NCBI GenBank assembly: GCA_963674735.2
Contig: CAXXQS010000002.1
Span: 1,120,001 to 1,184,000 of the forward strand
Direction of reading: 5' to 3'
Origin: Myxococcota bacterium
GTDB lineage: Bacteria > Myxococcota_A > SURF-8
DNA length: 64,000 nt
A program made the translations under genes and the position numbers. Shown here piece after piece: positions 40,468 to 49,991 of the stretch. Position 1 is the first letter of the stretch, and each line of letters begins with the position of its first letter. The notes beneath the pieces were generated by a model. That model was not told the origin of the DNA, ran no database searches, and was given only the letters and a program-made list of their open reading frames with translations.

Positions 40468-41277
40468 TTACGGCAACGCCAACGCGATCAGGCCCATCAC
40501 GGCACAATAGGGCGCAAACCAATGCAAGCGCCCCCGTTCGACCAATCGGATCACGAGCCACAAAGCAGCATACCCCACGAGGGCGCTGACGGCAAATCCA
40601 ACGAGAAACGGAAGCCAGGCCAGTTGGTCGATGGAGACATCACCGAGCTTGAGTGCAAGCGCACCCAATATGGCGGGAATGGAAAGGAGAAACGAAAAGC
40701 GCGCCGCTTCTTCCGGCCGTACTTTGAGCGCCAGGGAAAGGGCTATCGTAGTGCCCGAACGGGAGATACCGGGGAGAATGGCGAACCCTTGAGCGATGCC
40801 GACCAGAATCGCCTTCCAGCCCGCCCAGTCGCCCCGGGCATTGCGCCGCGTAAACCAGGTTCCCGCCAGAATCAAGGCCGTCACCCACAAAAACGCCCCG
40901 ACCGCCGCCACCGACGTGAACAGTGATTCGAAAAAATCTTTACCTAAAAACCCAATCACGCCCGTCGGGACCGTAGCGAGTCCGATCAGGATCACCCACC
41001 AACGCCCGCGATTGAGCCGCCAGTTTTCGGGATTGACCCAACGGGTTCCGGGCACGCGCGGGGCGACGACATCCGCGAGCATGGCCTGCAGATCGCGCCG
41101 GTAGTAAAACAGCACGGCGAACAGGGTTCCGACATGTAAAATCACATCGAAAAACACATCCGGTTCTTCGATTCCCAAAACGGACTGCATCAAGGTCAAA
41201 TGTCCCGACGAGGAAATCGGCAGGAATTCGGTCAGCCCCTGTACGGCCCCGAGAATAGCGGCATGCAACCAGGTCAT
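40468..41277 (-). CDS. uppP: Undecaprenyl-diphosphatase
   Basis: QGLTEFLPISSSGHL, PGISRSGTT, ARFSFLLSIP. Confidence 0.96.
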   Translation of the reverse strand: MTWLHAAILGAVQGLTEFLPISSSGHLTLMQSVLGIEEPDVFFDVILHVGTLFAVLFYYRRDLQAMLADVVAPRVPGTRWVNPENWRLNRGRWWVILIGLATVPTGVIGFLGKDFFESLFTSVAAVGAFLWVTALILAGTWFTRRNARGDWAGWKAILVGIAQGFAILPGISRSGTTIALSLALKVRPEEAARFSFLLSIPAILGALALKLGDVSIDQLAWLPFLVGFAVSALVGYAALWLVIRLVERGRLHWFAPYCAVMGLIALALP

Positions 41278-42503
41278 GATGGATCTCCCGAAACGGGGTT
41301 GGTCGTACTCGGTTCGATCAGGCCCGCCCTTACCGTGAAAGCGGCCAAGCCGTAAGGAGCCAAACCCGCGCCGATTTCGGGATCGGTGGAGGTGAGAAGC
41401 ACCTGTCCGCCGCTTCGGGTCAGATAATCGAACAGACGGGCGCGCCGTCCGGCATCGAGTTCCGACGAAAGATCATCGACCAGCAGAATCGGAAAAACAC
41501 CGCGGGCGGCGTGGACGATTTCGACTTCGGCCACTTTGAGCGCCAGAGCCAGCGTTCGATGTTGACCTTGGGAAGCGCTGGTCTGGGCGAGACGGCCGTC
41601 GAGCCGGATACCCAGATCGGCGGTATGCGGACCGACGCTCGTATACCCACGTTCCCGATCATGCGGCGCTTTTCGCTGCAGGGCTTGCGTAAGCGCCGCG
41701 ACACGATCCGGCGACGTTTCCGCTCCCTCAACCGAACTTGAATCGCCAAACAGGGCTTGCGTCTCATCGGGGGGAGAAGAAAGGTAGCTCAATTCCAACA
41801 CTTCGGAATTTTCGGACACGGCCGCCACGGCTTGTCTTGACAAGCGTTGCAAATCAGCGGTCATCGATGCCCGCGCCTGATCGATAGCCGCCCCGCATTC
41901 GGCCAATTTTTCGCTGTACAGGTCGAACAACTCACCGTGGGCTTTTCGTGCTTTTAAAAGGGCATTGCGGCGCTTGAGCACCTGTTTGTATTCCAGGGCG
42001 AGATCCCAATACCCGGGACGCACCAGAGAAAGCGCCCGATCGAGAAAACGTCTTCGCGCATCGGGCGAGCCTTTGGCCAGACGAACGTCCTCGGGAGAAA
42101 AGGCGACGGACGGCAATTGGCCCAGGTAATCCTTGTGGCGTCGAACGGGTTTGTCGTTGACCACCAAGCGCCGCGTTCCGCGTCCGATCGAGAGCGAAAC
42201 GGCATAGTCCAGCTCCCCGGCCCGGGCGCGGCCTTTGATGTGTGCGCGTTCGCCGCCCTCGACCACCCAATCTTCGGTGCGTCCGGCACGGAAACTGCGC
42301 AAATCCGCCAGCAGCGCGACCGCTTCCAGCAGATTCGTTTTTCCTTGGGCATTGGATCCAGTGAAGCAATTGAAACGGGGATTCAGATCGAGGCGCACCT
42401 GCCGCAGATTGCGGAAACCCTCAACGGAAAGCCGGTCGATCCGGACCAACTGATTGCCGAAGGCAGGCGAATCGACGTTGAACGGTTGAGGCGGTTCAGA
42501 CAT
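41274..42503 (-). CDS. recF: DNA replication/repair protein RecF
   Basis: GSNAQGKTNLLEA, GPHTADL, SQGQHR, DDLSSELD. Confidence 0.95.
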   Translation of the reverse strand: MSEPPQPFNVDSPAFGNQLVRIDRLSVEGFRNLRQVRLDLNPRFNCFTGSNAQGKTNLLEAVALLADLRSFRAGRTEDWVVEGGERAHIKGRARAGELDYAVSLSIGRGTRRLVVNDKPVRRHKDYLGQLPSVAFSPEDVRLAKGSPDARRRFLDRALSLVRPGYWDLALEYKQVLKRRNALLKARKAHGELFDLYSEKLAECGAAIDQARASMTADLQRLSRQAVAAVSENSEVLELSYLSSPPDETQALFGDSSSVEGAETSPDRVAALTQALQRKAPHDRERGYTSVGPHTADLGIRLDGRLAQTSASQGQHRTLALALKVAEVEIVHAARGVFPILLVDDLSSELDAGRRARLFDYLTRSGGQVLLTSTDPEIGAGLAPYGLAAFTVRAGLIEPSTTNPVSGDPS

Positions 42504-42522
42504 ACCGTAACTGGGAATCCCG

Positions 42523-43632
42523 TTAACTGATGCGCATCGGCATGATGACACTCAGGAAACCGTCGTCACTGCCGTCCTTGACGACGCAGGGGCTCAATTC
42601 GTCGGCCAGTTCGAGCACGACTTCATCGCCGTGAATGACATTGATGGCTTCAAGAAAATAGCGGGCGTTGAATCCCACCTGCATGAGCTCGCCTTCATAG
42701 ACGGCTTCCAATTCCTCGCGTCCTTCACCGCGCTCGGGGCTGGAAGCCTCGATCACGAATTCGCCGGAACTGATCTTGAAACGAACGCCATGCGAGCGAT
42801 CGGCCGACAAAATGGAAATACGCTTGAGGGCATCGGTGAACGAAACGCGATTGAGAGTGACGCGGCGGTCGGCTCCCTTGGGAACCACCATGTTGTAATC
42901 GGGGAATTCACCTTCGATCAGACGCATGACCAAAAGCGCATCATCGCGCTTGAAAAAACCGTTGGAAGCCGAAAAGGCCATTTCCAGCGGTTCGGCGTTT
43001 TCTTCCAGCAATTTGCGCAGTTCGATGAGACCCTTGCGCGGAATGATGACCGGATCGGAAACCTTGACATCGCTGCTGATCTCGCGGTCGACCAGGGACA
43101 GACGGTGACCGTCGGTACTCACCAGACGCAGTTTTCCTTCTTCGAGCGGTTCGAGATTGACGCCGTTTAGAAAAATGCGCGGGTCGTCGTTGGCAACGGA
43201 AAACAAGGTGTGTTCGATCAGATCGAGAAGAATGGCCGGATCGATCTGCGCGTAATCCACCTCGCCGAAATCCGGCATATTCGGATAATCGTCCACGCTG
43301 GTGGTGGGCACCTTGAATTTGACTTTTCCGGCGATGATCTTGACGTTGTGGTCATCGGCGGTTTCCAGTTGAATCGTGCCCGCCGGAAGATTGCGGACGA
43401 TATCGTGCAAGTCACGGCCGTTGACGCAAATGCGCCCGGGATCGTCGATCAAACCGTCGTACTCGCCTTTGGAAAAGATATCCAGGTCGGTGGCGACCAT
43501 CGTAAAACGATCGGTGGCCGTACTTTCAATCAGCACGTTGGACAGAATCGGCATCGTCGATTTTTTGCCGACAATACCCTGAATGCGTCCCAAGGCCAGC
43601 ATCAGCGTTTCTTTGCTTGCGGTTAATCGCAT
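42523..43632 (-). CDS. dnaN: DNA polymerase III beta clamp
   Basis: MPILSNVL, ATDLD, STDGHRL, GEFPDY, GFNARY, VIMPMR. Confidence 0.97.
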   Translation of the reverse strand: MRLTASKETLMLALGRIQGIVGKKSTMPILSNVLIESTATDRFTMVATDLDIFSKGEYDGLIDDPGRICVNGRDLHDIVRNLPAGTIQLETADDHNVKIIAGKVKFKVPTTSVDDYPNMPDFGEVDYAQIDPAILLDLIEHTLFSVANDDPRIFLNGVNLEPLEEGKLRLVSTDGHRLSLVDREISSDVKVSDPVIIPRKGLIELRKLLEENAEPLEMAFSASNGFFKRDDALLVMRLIEGEFPDYNMVVPKGADRRVTLNRVSFTDALKRISILSADRSHGVRFKISSGEFVIEASSPERGEGREELEAVYEGELMQVGFNARYFLEAINVIHGDEVVLELADELSPCVVKDGSDDGFLSVIMPMRIS

Positions 43633-43689
43633 GGTTCTATCATCCTTCTGCTCGGTAACGATTCGAAATCTTTTACTCGCCACCTGCTT

Positions 43690-43915
43690 AAAGACACAAT
43701 ATTCTTTTAAGAAATATCTATAGTTGCAGTAGTAGCCGTGTTGAAACGGGGGATAAGCTACGCAAGTTAACGAAAACCTTGGCTAATCCCGTGTGTACTA
43801 TTATGTGGAAAGCCGAAAGGAAATCAACAAAAAAGCACGGAGAATTCTCCGACGTGGATAAAAGCGGCGAATCCAACCGAATCTCAACGGGCTTACTCAC
43901 GGTTTGTCCACAGAT
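43690..43915. other. oriC: Chromosomal replication origin (oriC)
   Basis: dnaA-dnaN intergenic; DnaA-box-like 9-mers at 43739, 43748, 43804, 43853, 43893, 43904; DnaA-trio run 43721-43735; AT-rich stretch about 43697-43720. Confidence 0.88.
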
Positions 43916-43929
43916 GATCATCAATAATC

Positions 43930-45285
43930 TCAATTGACTAGCTGCTTTTCCAACGCGTCGATGGTGTCACGGGTTTTCATATCTTCAGCCAAGAGACGCT
44001 CGACTCGATTGATGGCCGCAATCACGGTGCTATGGTCTTTCCCTCCGAAGCTGGCTCCGATATCCTTGAGGCTCAAATCGGTATAGCGTTTAACCAGAAA
44101 CATGGCGATTTGACGCGGAATCACCAACTTGCGAGCCCGACTTTTGGACAACAGATCGTTCTGGCTGACGCTGAAATATTTGCACACGCGCTTTTGTATC
44201 TGCACGGCATTCAAATCCGGCGGCAGGGTTTGAATGAAGCTTCTCAGAACTTCTTTGGCCGTCTCCATGTTGCAGGAGGCTCCGGTTAAGGAGATATAGG
44301 CTTCCAGTCGAATCAGAGAGCCTTCCAACTCGCGGACATTGCTGCGGACGTTTTTGGCGAGAAAACGCAGAACGTCGTCGTCGATGGCGAAACCGTCGAG
44401 ATCGGCCTTTTTCTTCAGGATGGCCGCACGGGTTTCCAGATCGGGCGTTTTGATATCGGCCACCAGGCCGGAACGCAGCCGCGAGCGGATTCGTTCGTCG
44501 AGGGTTTTGATTTCCTGCGGGTATTGATCGGAAGTGACCACGACCTGTTTGCCCGATTCGAACAGGAAATTGAAGGTATGGAAAAACTCTTCCTGGGTCG
44601 AGCTTTTGCCGGCCAGAAACTGGATGTCGTCCATCAACAGTACATCGCACATATCGCGGTAACGGCGCTTGAAATCGGCCATCTGGTTGGAACTGATGCT
44701 CTGGATCAATTCGCTCATGAAGCGTTCGGAGGTGATATAGGCGACGCGCGTCTCAGGGTGCAGGCGCAGCGCTTCATAGCCGATCGCCTGCAGCAAATGG
44801 GTTTTGCCGAGACCCGTCCCTCCATAGATGAACAACGGATTGTAACTGCCTCCCGGTTGACGCGCCACCGCCTGACAGGCGGCATGGGCGAACTCGTTGG
44901 AGGCTCCGATAACGAAGCGGTCGAAGCGAAAGCGTTCGTTGAGCGGAATGCCGATAGTGGGTTTCACCTTGGTGCGGCGGCGACGCTTTGGCGGGCGAGC
45001 CGCAGACGTCGGAGCCGAGTCGGACGCGACCGAATCGGACTGGGTGACGGCTTCGATCTCAATGCGGACTTTCTTATCCTCACGGGTTACCTCGTAGAGG
45101 CTGCGCTCCAGAATGTCGAGGTAATTGTCGGTAATCCAATCGCGCAAAAACCCGTTGGGAACGCTCAGGACCCAATGGGTGTCGGTGATGTCCAACAGGC
45201 GGATGGGACGGAACCATAGATTGAAATTGTGTTCGTTCGTTCGTTCACGCAGCGTGGCGACCACGCGTTGCCAAATATCACCCAT
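43930..45285 (-). CDS. dnaA: Chromosomal replication initiator DnaA
   Basis: YNPLFIYGGTGLGKTHLL, DDIQFL, QEEFFHTFN, NVRELEG, GGKDHSTVI. Confidence 0.98.
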   Translation of the reverse strand: MGDIWQRVVATLRERTNEHNFNLWFRPIRLLDITDTHWVLSVPNGFLRDWITDNYLDILERSLYEVTREDKKVRIEIEAVTQSDSVASDSAPTSAARPPKRRRRTKVKPTIGIPLNERFRFDRFVIGASNEFAHAACQAVARQPGGSYNPLFIYGGTGLGKTHLLQAIGYEALRLHPETRVAYITSERFMSELIQSISSNQMADFKRRYRDMCDVLLMDDIQFLAGKSSTQEEFFHTFNFLFESGKQVVVTSDQYPQEIKTLDERIRSRLRSGLVADIKTPDLETRAAILKKKADLDGFAIDDDVLRFLAKNVRSNVRELEGSLIRLEAYISLTGASCNMETAKEVLRSFIQTLPPDLNAVQIQKRVCKYFSVSQNDLLSKSRARKLVIPRQIAMFLVKRYTDLSLKDIGASFGGKDHSTVIAAINRVERLLAEDMKTRDTIDALEKQLVN

Positions 45286-45619
45286 TTCCCTGGCCTCTTC
45301 CCTTGCGGCAAGGTAACAAAAATCCCACCAGAGTCGTCGCTGTATGCGGTGGGTGGATGCGCCGGTCGGCACAACCCAACCGCCGAACTCTAACCTGAAA
45401 AATTGGAGAGAGGCAAGGGGAAAGTTGCGGGAGGGGGTGAGGAAAATGATTAATGTTATTAATGATTTTCATATCGGGCGTTTAGCGGGTGTACTCAGTG
45501 GAGGCGAAAAGAAGATTGACGGGAAAGGTATGCCGGAGGAGAGGTGGGCTGCCGAATTAATAGGCAGAATGGCGCGGTAAATTTCAAATCGCGACCCAAA
45601 CCTCCCCTTCGGCCTCAAA

Positions 45620-47818
45620 TCAACCGCGTTTGGCAATGCAACCCCGACATTCCGGCCACGTTCCGGCTTCACTCAGCCATGTGTCGCGTGCCGGTGAACG
45701 CAGCGCGTCGATCAGCCGCGTCTCCCCGAGAAGCCCCAGAACCGGACGGCGCTTGACGATGGTGGGACTCATACAGGCATACACCTCGCCGTCGGGCATG
45801 ATCATCAGATCGCGTTCGGGGGCGTGGCAGGGAGTGGATTCCTGATAGGCTCCCGTGGCCAGCCGGTCGATGGCCTGGCGCTGGTCGGCATAGGCGGACG
45901 GATCGATGGGGGGACAGAAATCAAGAATAGTATTAAATTCACGTGATGTATTTATTAACTCATCGTGAGTGTGGTCGACCCAAGCGCGCGCCCCTTTTTC
46001 CCCGAGCCAGCGTGGAGCGCTGAGTCCCGAGGGGATGTGAACGTAGTAGAAGAAGCGGTGTCGCCGCAGACCCAATTCGTCGGCTACGAAGCGGTGCAGG
46101 CGCGGCAGCTCGTGCAGGTTGTCGGCCAGGATGACGGTGTTGACTTCGACATACAGGCGTGGATGGCGGACGGCGGCGCGGATGGCACGCAAGGCATGGA
46201 CGAACAGACCGGGTCGTCCTTTGATGCGATCATGCAAAGGGGCGTCGGGAGCGTCGAGCGCTACCTCGAGTTTGTCCAGGCCCGCGTCGACTAAAGTCGC
46301 GATGGCGTCGTCGTCCAGACCGTAACCGGTGGTGATGACCATGGTGTAGAGGGCCAGACTTTTGGAGAGGCGGACGATCGTCGCGAGGTCATCCCGCAGG
46401 GTGATCTCGCCGCCGAAGAGATCGACCGCGCTGAAGCCGGTCAACTTCAGTTCTTCCAAAAGCCGCCAGACCTGCGGCGTGGGGATAGCATAACCGGCAT
46501 AGGCTTGCGGCAGGGCACACATCAGGCATTGGGCCACGCAGGCGCTGGAAATACAGGCGACGGCGGTACGTTCATGTTGCGGAAAAGCGGAGTTTTCGGA
46601 CACGCGGCGACAGACAAGCTGCCAGCCGTCGACGGAACCGAAATCGGGCAGTTGGTAATCGACGACGTCATGGCCGAAACGGCGGGCCATGTCGGCGATC
46701 AGAGCGGGACCGATGGCCGCTAGTGAAGCGGAGGGCCTGGAGCTTGCTTCGGGCGATTCCGCGGGCGGTAAACACACGCCGATTGGCCAATCACCTGAGA
46801 TTACGATCGAATCCCCGACCGGACACGCGATCAGGGCGGCGCGCAAAGCCCGCCAGGCATTGGGACCGCTGCGTGCGAGCAGACTGAGTTCAATCGGCCG
46901 CTCGTCGGAGGAGGCTGGATTTTTTTGCGGCAGGGGTGCGGCGAGTGAAGCCGGATCGGAGGGCTCACCAAGCCGGAAAGCTCCCGGACAATTATGCAGG
47001 CGAGGACACTTTTGGCAGGTGTCGGATAACCGGGTCGGGCGCAAAGGGGAACCGGCCAGCAAACGTCCGCGCAGGCTGCGGGCGATCATGGCGGAATCGG
47101 AGGTTACGTCCACGGCGTCAAGCTCATAGAGCTCATACTCCCCCTCGTTTACCTGCAGCAGAGCATGGCGACGACCATCCGGCAAGAGCGGCTCTCCACT
47201 TCGAAACGGACAGCGCGTCGGATCGAAGTGCAGGCGGCGGCCAGTGGCGCGGTAGAAATGCCGGGCGGGTTCGGAATCGATGGCCGCCTCACGCCAGCGT
47301 GATTGTTCCGCGTGAGCCCGCGCGATATCCGCCTCGAATACGGTGGGTAAAGCGGGCTCGAAACGAACCTTCGGCGGGTCGGGCAGAGTGTCGAGCCAGG
47401 CGATGGCGCGATTCAGAGTTCCGTGATTGCGGGCTTCGACTGGGAGAATGACGGTGCACGGGACTCCGGCCGCACAGACATTGGCGATCCCGGTCAGGTT
47501 TTCGGCGAAATCTTCTCGGCCGGTCATGAGCAAATGGGCATAGGGCGAACCGGCGGGCAGGTCCAGGTCGAGATGAGTAAGACCGGCGGTCTGCAAGGCG
47601 GTCAACCGGGAACGATCGGCCAGCTGATAGGCGGCGCTGCGGCAGCGGAAGGCCAGATCATGCTGAGTCAAGATCGACAACAGGCGCGGCAGATCGGGAC
47701 GCGCGAGCAGATCGCCCTCGATAAAGGCGATCTCCTTGCTGCCGTGAGATGCCGCCGTGGTCAAGGCCTCGGCCAGGGAATCGTCTGAAGCCAGGGAAAG
47801 AGGGGTTGTCTGCGTCAT
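45620..47818 (-). CDS. Tandem radical SAM protein: degenerate barrel + intact radical SAM + SPASM/twitch-like tail
   Basis: Start MTQTTP with ATGA overlap; CVAQCLMC, FGGEITLR, ITTG; tail CHAP...PDGEVYAC...CRGC. Confidence 0.8.
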   Translation of the reverse strand: MTQTTPLSLASDDSLAEALTTAASHGSKEIAFIEGDLLARPDLPRLLSILTQHDLAFRCRSAAYQLADRSRLTALQTAGLTHLDLDLPAGSPYAHLLMTGREDFAENLTGIANVCAAGVPCTVILPVEARNHGTLNRAIAWLDTLPDPPKVRFEPALPTVFEADIARAHAEQSRWREAAIDSEPARHFYRATGRRLHFDPTRCPFRSGEPLLPDGRRHALLQVNEGEYELYELDAVDVTSDSAMIARSLRGRLLAGSPLRPTRLSDTCQKCPRLHNCPGAFRLGEPSDPASLAAPLPQKNPASSDERPIELSLLARSGPNAWRALRAALIACPVGDSIVISGDWPIGVCLPPAESPEASSRPSASLAAIGPALIADMARRFGHDVVDYQLPDFGSVDGWQLVCRRVSENSAFPQHERTAVACISSACVAQCLMCALPQAYAGYAIPTPQVWRLLEELKLTGFSAVDLFGGEITLRDDLATIVRLSKSLALYTMVITTGYGLDDDAIATLVDAGLDKLEVALDAPDAPLHDRIKGRPGLFVHALRAIRAAVRHPRLYVEVNTVILADNLHELPRLHRFVADELGLRRHRFFYYVHIPSGLSAPRWLGEKGARAWVDHTHDELINTSREFNTILDFCPPIDPSAYADQRQAIDRLATGAYQESTPCHAPERDLMIMPDGEVYACMSPTIVKRRPVLGLLGETRLIDALRSPARDTWLSEAGTWPECRGCIAKRG

Positions 47819-49830
47819 GGTCGGACCGTTTCGGGGGGGTTGGAGTTTGAGAATGAACGTGCCCAATAGGCGAGTTCGTCGCATAGGTTGCGGACGTCTG
47901 CTTGGCGATCGGCCAACGGCTGCAGAATCTGTAGGGCTCCGCGTATCAAGTCGGGATTGTCGTCCACCAGACGCCACCGGGCCGGATCCAGCAAGACCAG
48001 ACGGGCCAGTGCGGCCGGTGCTTCAAGCAGCGCCTGCAGCGAGGCTTGTGACGGTTGTGGGAGCTGCGGATTGAAAGATTCCGCCGGAATGAGGTGCAGA
48101 CGTTTCTCGGGACTCGGATTCAGCTTGGTGACAAGCTCGGAGAGTCGGCGCTGCCAGACCGGTCGGCACAGGTGAAAGAGCGCTTCCCAATACAGAAAGA
48201 GACGCCGTGTGGCGGCGGCGGCTTCGTCGGGTGACAGATCCCACTCGATAAGGTCGACATGCGGAAGATCGAGGGAAAGACCGGTCTGCGGGGACCCGAT
48301 GGCGCGTGGATGAACAAGTTGGGAAGCCGTTTCAGGCCAAGGTCCAAGGGCGGTGTCCAGAGCGGTTTGCGAAAGCGGAAGCGGGACGATTTCGCCGGAT
48401 TCTCCCCCCGAAAGAGTGGGAGGCCGGGAGAGAAAGACCGGAACTCGCGGGGTTGCGGACGAAAGCAGGATCTCGGTTTGCCGAAGGGCCGTGTCGAAGA
48501 CGGATTCGTCACCTTTTTCAAGCTGTTGGCGGATGAGCTGCTGTAGCAGCGGAAGTCCCCAGGCGTCCGCCTTTATACGTCCGGAAAGCTCGATAGACGG
48601 ATCGTCTGGGTGGCTGGATTTACCCAATGCCCAAACTCGATTCGCCAATCCGGAGAAGAAGGCTTCCGGGTTTTCCAAGATCGAGCGAAGATCCGCCAGA
48701 CGTCTGGCGGCCGAGAGCGAAGCAATCGTGTTCGGATTGCGAGTGCGTGTCCGGTTCTCGTGCGATCCGGCCGCGCGCTGTTCCAAGCCGGAGTCCCGGA
48801 CTGGGTGACACAGGGACAGAAACGCGGCCTGGCGTTCTGGGTGATCGCAAGCGTGCAGGCGCGGGTATACCAGCCTCTCAAGTAAGAGACGATTCAGCGA
48901 AATTTGGCTTGGATCTCCAATGATGAGACCGTCCGGCGGTTGCCGCATCCAGGCGGCGTTGAGCGCCGACACGATCAGCGGGCGACCGCGATTGACGGTG
49001 AAAACGGTTTCCGGGTGGTGCTGAAAATCGGCGGCCCGCAAGTATTCGATACCCGGACCGGAAAGCTGGAGACCCTGAGTGATGACGGGGTTCAGGTAGA
49101 ATTGTTCTTCCACTTGGCCCGCCGCCAGGGCTGCTTCGAATCTCGGCCGGAGTTCGGGGGCGAGATCGGAAAAAACGGCGGAAAGCGTGGGGCGATCGAG
49201 ATAGTCACGGGTTTGGATTCGGGTATCGGTGAGATTGACCCGAAAGCGGCAGATCCGGGCTTCCTCCAACGCCAGAAGTACACGGATGCAGCGCGAAAGC
49301 GCCTGACTACCATGGCGTTCACGATGCCAGCGATCCAGCGCCAACGTTAAAGTCAAGACGGGGGAGGACGATCCGGCTTGCGTCGGCCAGAGCGACTGCA
49401 GCCAGCGTGACGCGCTTTCGAAGTCGGCTGGAAGAGCCGCTCCATTGGTAAAGATCTCCACTTCGCGGGTGGCCGTTTCGCGGGACTTGGCCAGGATTTC
49501 TTTGAGTGCCGGATGCTCGAAGGGTTCACCGCCGATGAGCACCAGCTTGTCGAGACCGGTTAGTTGCGTGAGCAAAGACTCGATCAGAGGCAGGGGCGTG
49601 TGGTCGTCGGCCGAGCGGGTATGAGCGGCAAAACAGAAGCGACAGCCGAATGAGCAGCGTCGGGTGATATCCAGGGTGACGGATGAGGGTTCGCGTGGCG
49701 GGTCGCGGCGCGTGATGCGGCCTTTGGCGTAGAAGGAACTGCCGTAGAGGGGAAACACCGCCTGCAGGGCATTCAAAATGGAGCCTGCCGATGGTAGATC
49801 CGGATCGTATAAAAGAATCGACGTTTTCAT
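47815..49830 (-). CDS. Radical SAM protein with long unknown C-terminal region
   Basis: DITRRCSFGCRFCFA, IGGEPF, IFTNG. Confidence 0.82.
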   Translation of the reverse strand: MKTSILLYDPDLPSAGSILNALQAVFPLYGSSFYAKGRITRRDPPREPSSVTLDITRRCSFGCRFCFAAHTRSADDHTPLPLIESLLTQLTGLDKLVLIGGEPFEHPALKEILAKSRETATREVEIFTNGAALPADFESASRWLQSLWPTQAGSSSPVLTLTLALDRWHRERHGSQALSRCIRVLLALEEARICRFRVNLTDTRIQTRDYLDRPTLSAVFSDLAPELRPRFEAALAAGQVEEQFYLNPVITQGLQLSGPGIEYLRAADFQHHPETVFTVNRGRPLIVSALNAAWMRQPPDGLIIGDPSQISLNRLLLERLVYPRLHACDHPERQAAFLSLCHPVRDSGLEQRAAGSHENRTRTRNPNTIASLSAARRLADLRSILENPEAFFSGLANRVWALGKSSHPDDPSIELSGRIKADAWGLPLLQQLIRQQLEKGDESVFDTALRQTEILLSSATPRVPVFLSRPPTLSGGESGEIVPLPLSQTALDTALGPWPETASQLVHPRAIGSPQTGLSLDLPHVDLIEWDLSPDEAAAATRRLFLYWEALFHLCRPVWQRRLSELVTKLNPSPEKRLHLIPAESFNPQLPQPSQASLQALLEAPAALARLVLLDPARWRLVDDNPDLIRGALQILQPLADRQADVRNLCDELAYWARSFSNSNPPETVRP

Positions 49831-49970
49831 GACGGCAGTGTAGCATAGGGCCGCTTCGCGGGCAATGCTTGCGTAGATGGGAAACGGAAATACATGGACA
49901 GACGGCCGTGCATTCGTTAAACTGGGCGCGTTTTTAATGACAACCGCGGTTTTTCAAACGATATGATGGA

Positions 49971-49986
49971 TGTTCCACGTGGAACA
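49971..49986. promoter_or_regulatory. parS: parS centromere site
   Basis: Perfect palindrome TGTTCCACGTGGAACA matching the widespread parS consensus, upstream of rsmG-parA-parB. Confidence 0.92.
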
Positions 49987-49991
49987 AACGT

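Noticed and set aside
45286-45619. rpmH or a RiPP precursor upstream of dnaA
   Set aside because: No MKRT-like L34 ORF; the short ORFs have no SD-supported start or precursor-like motif that I can defend
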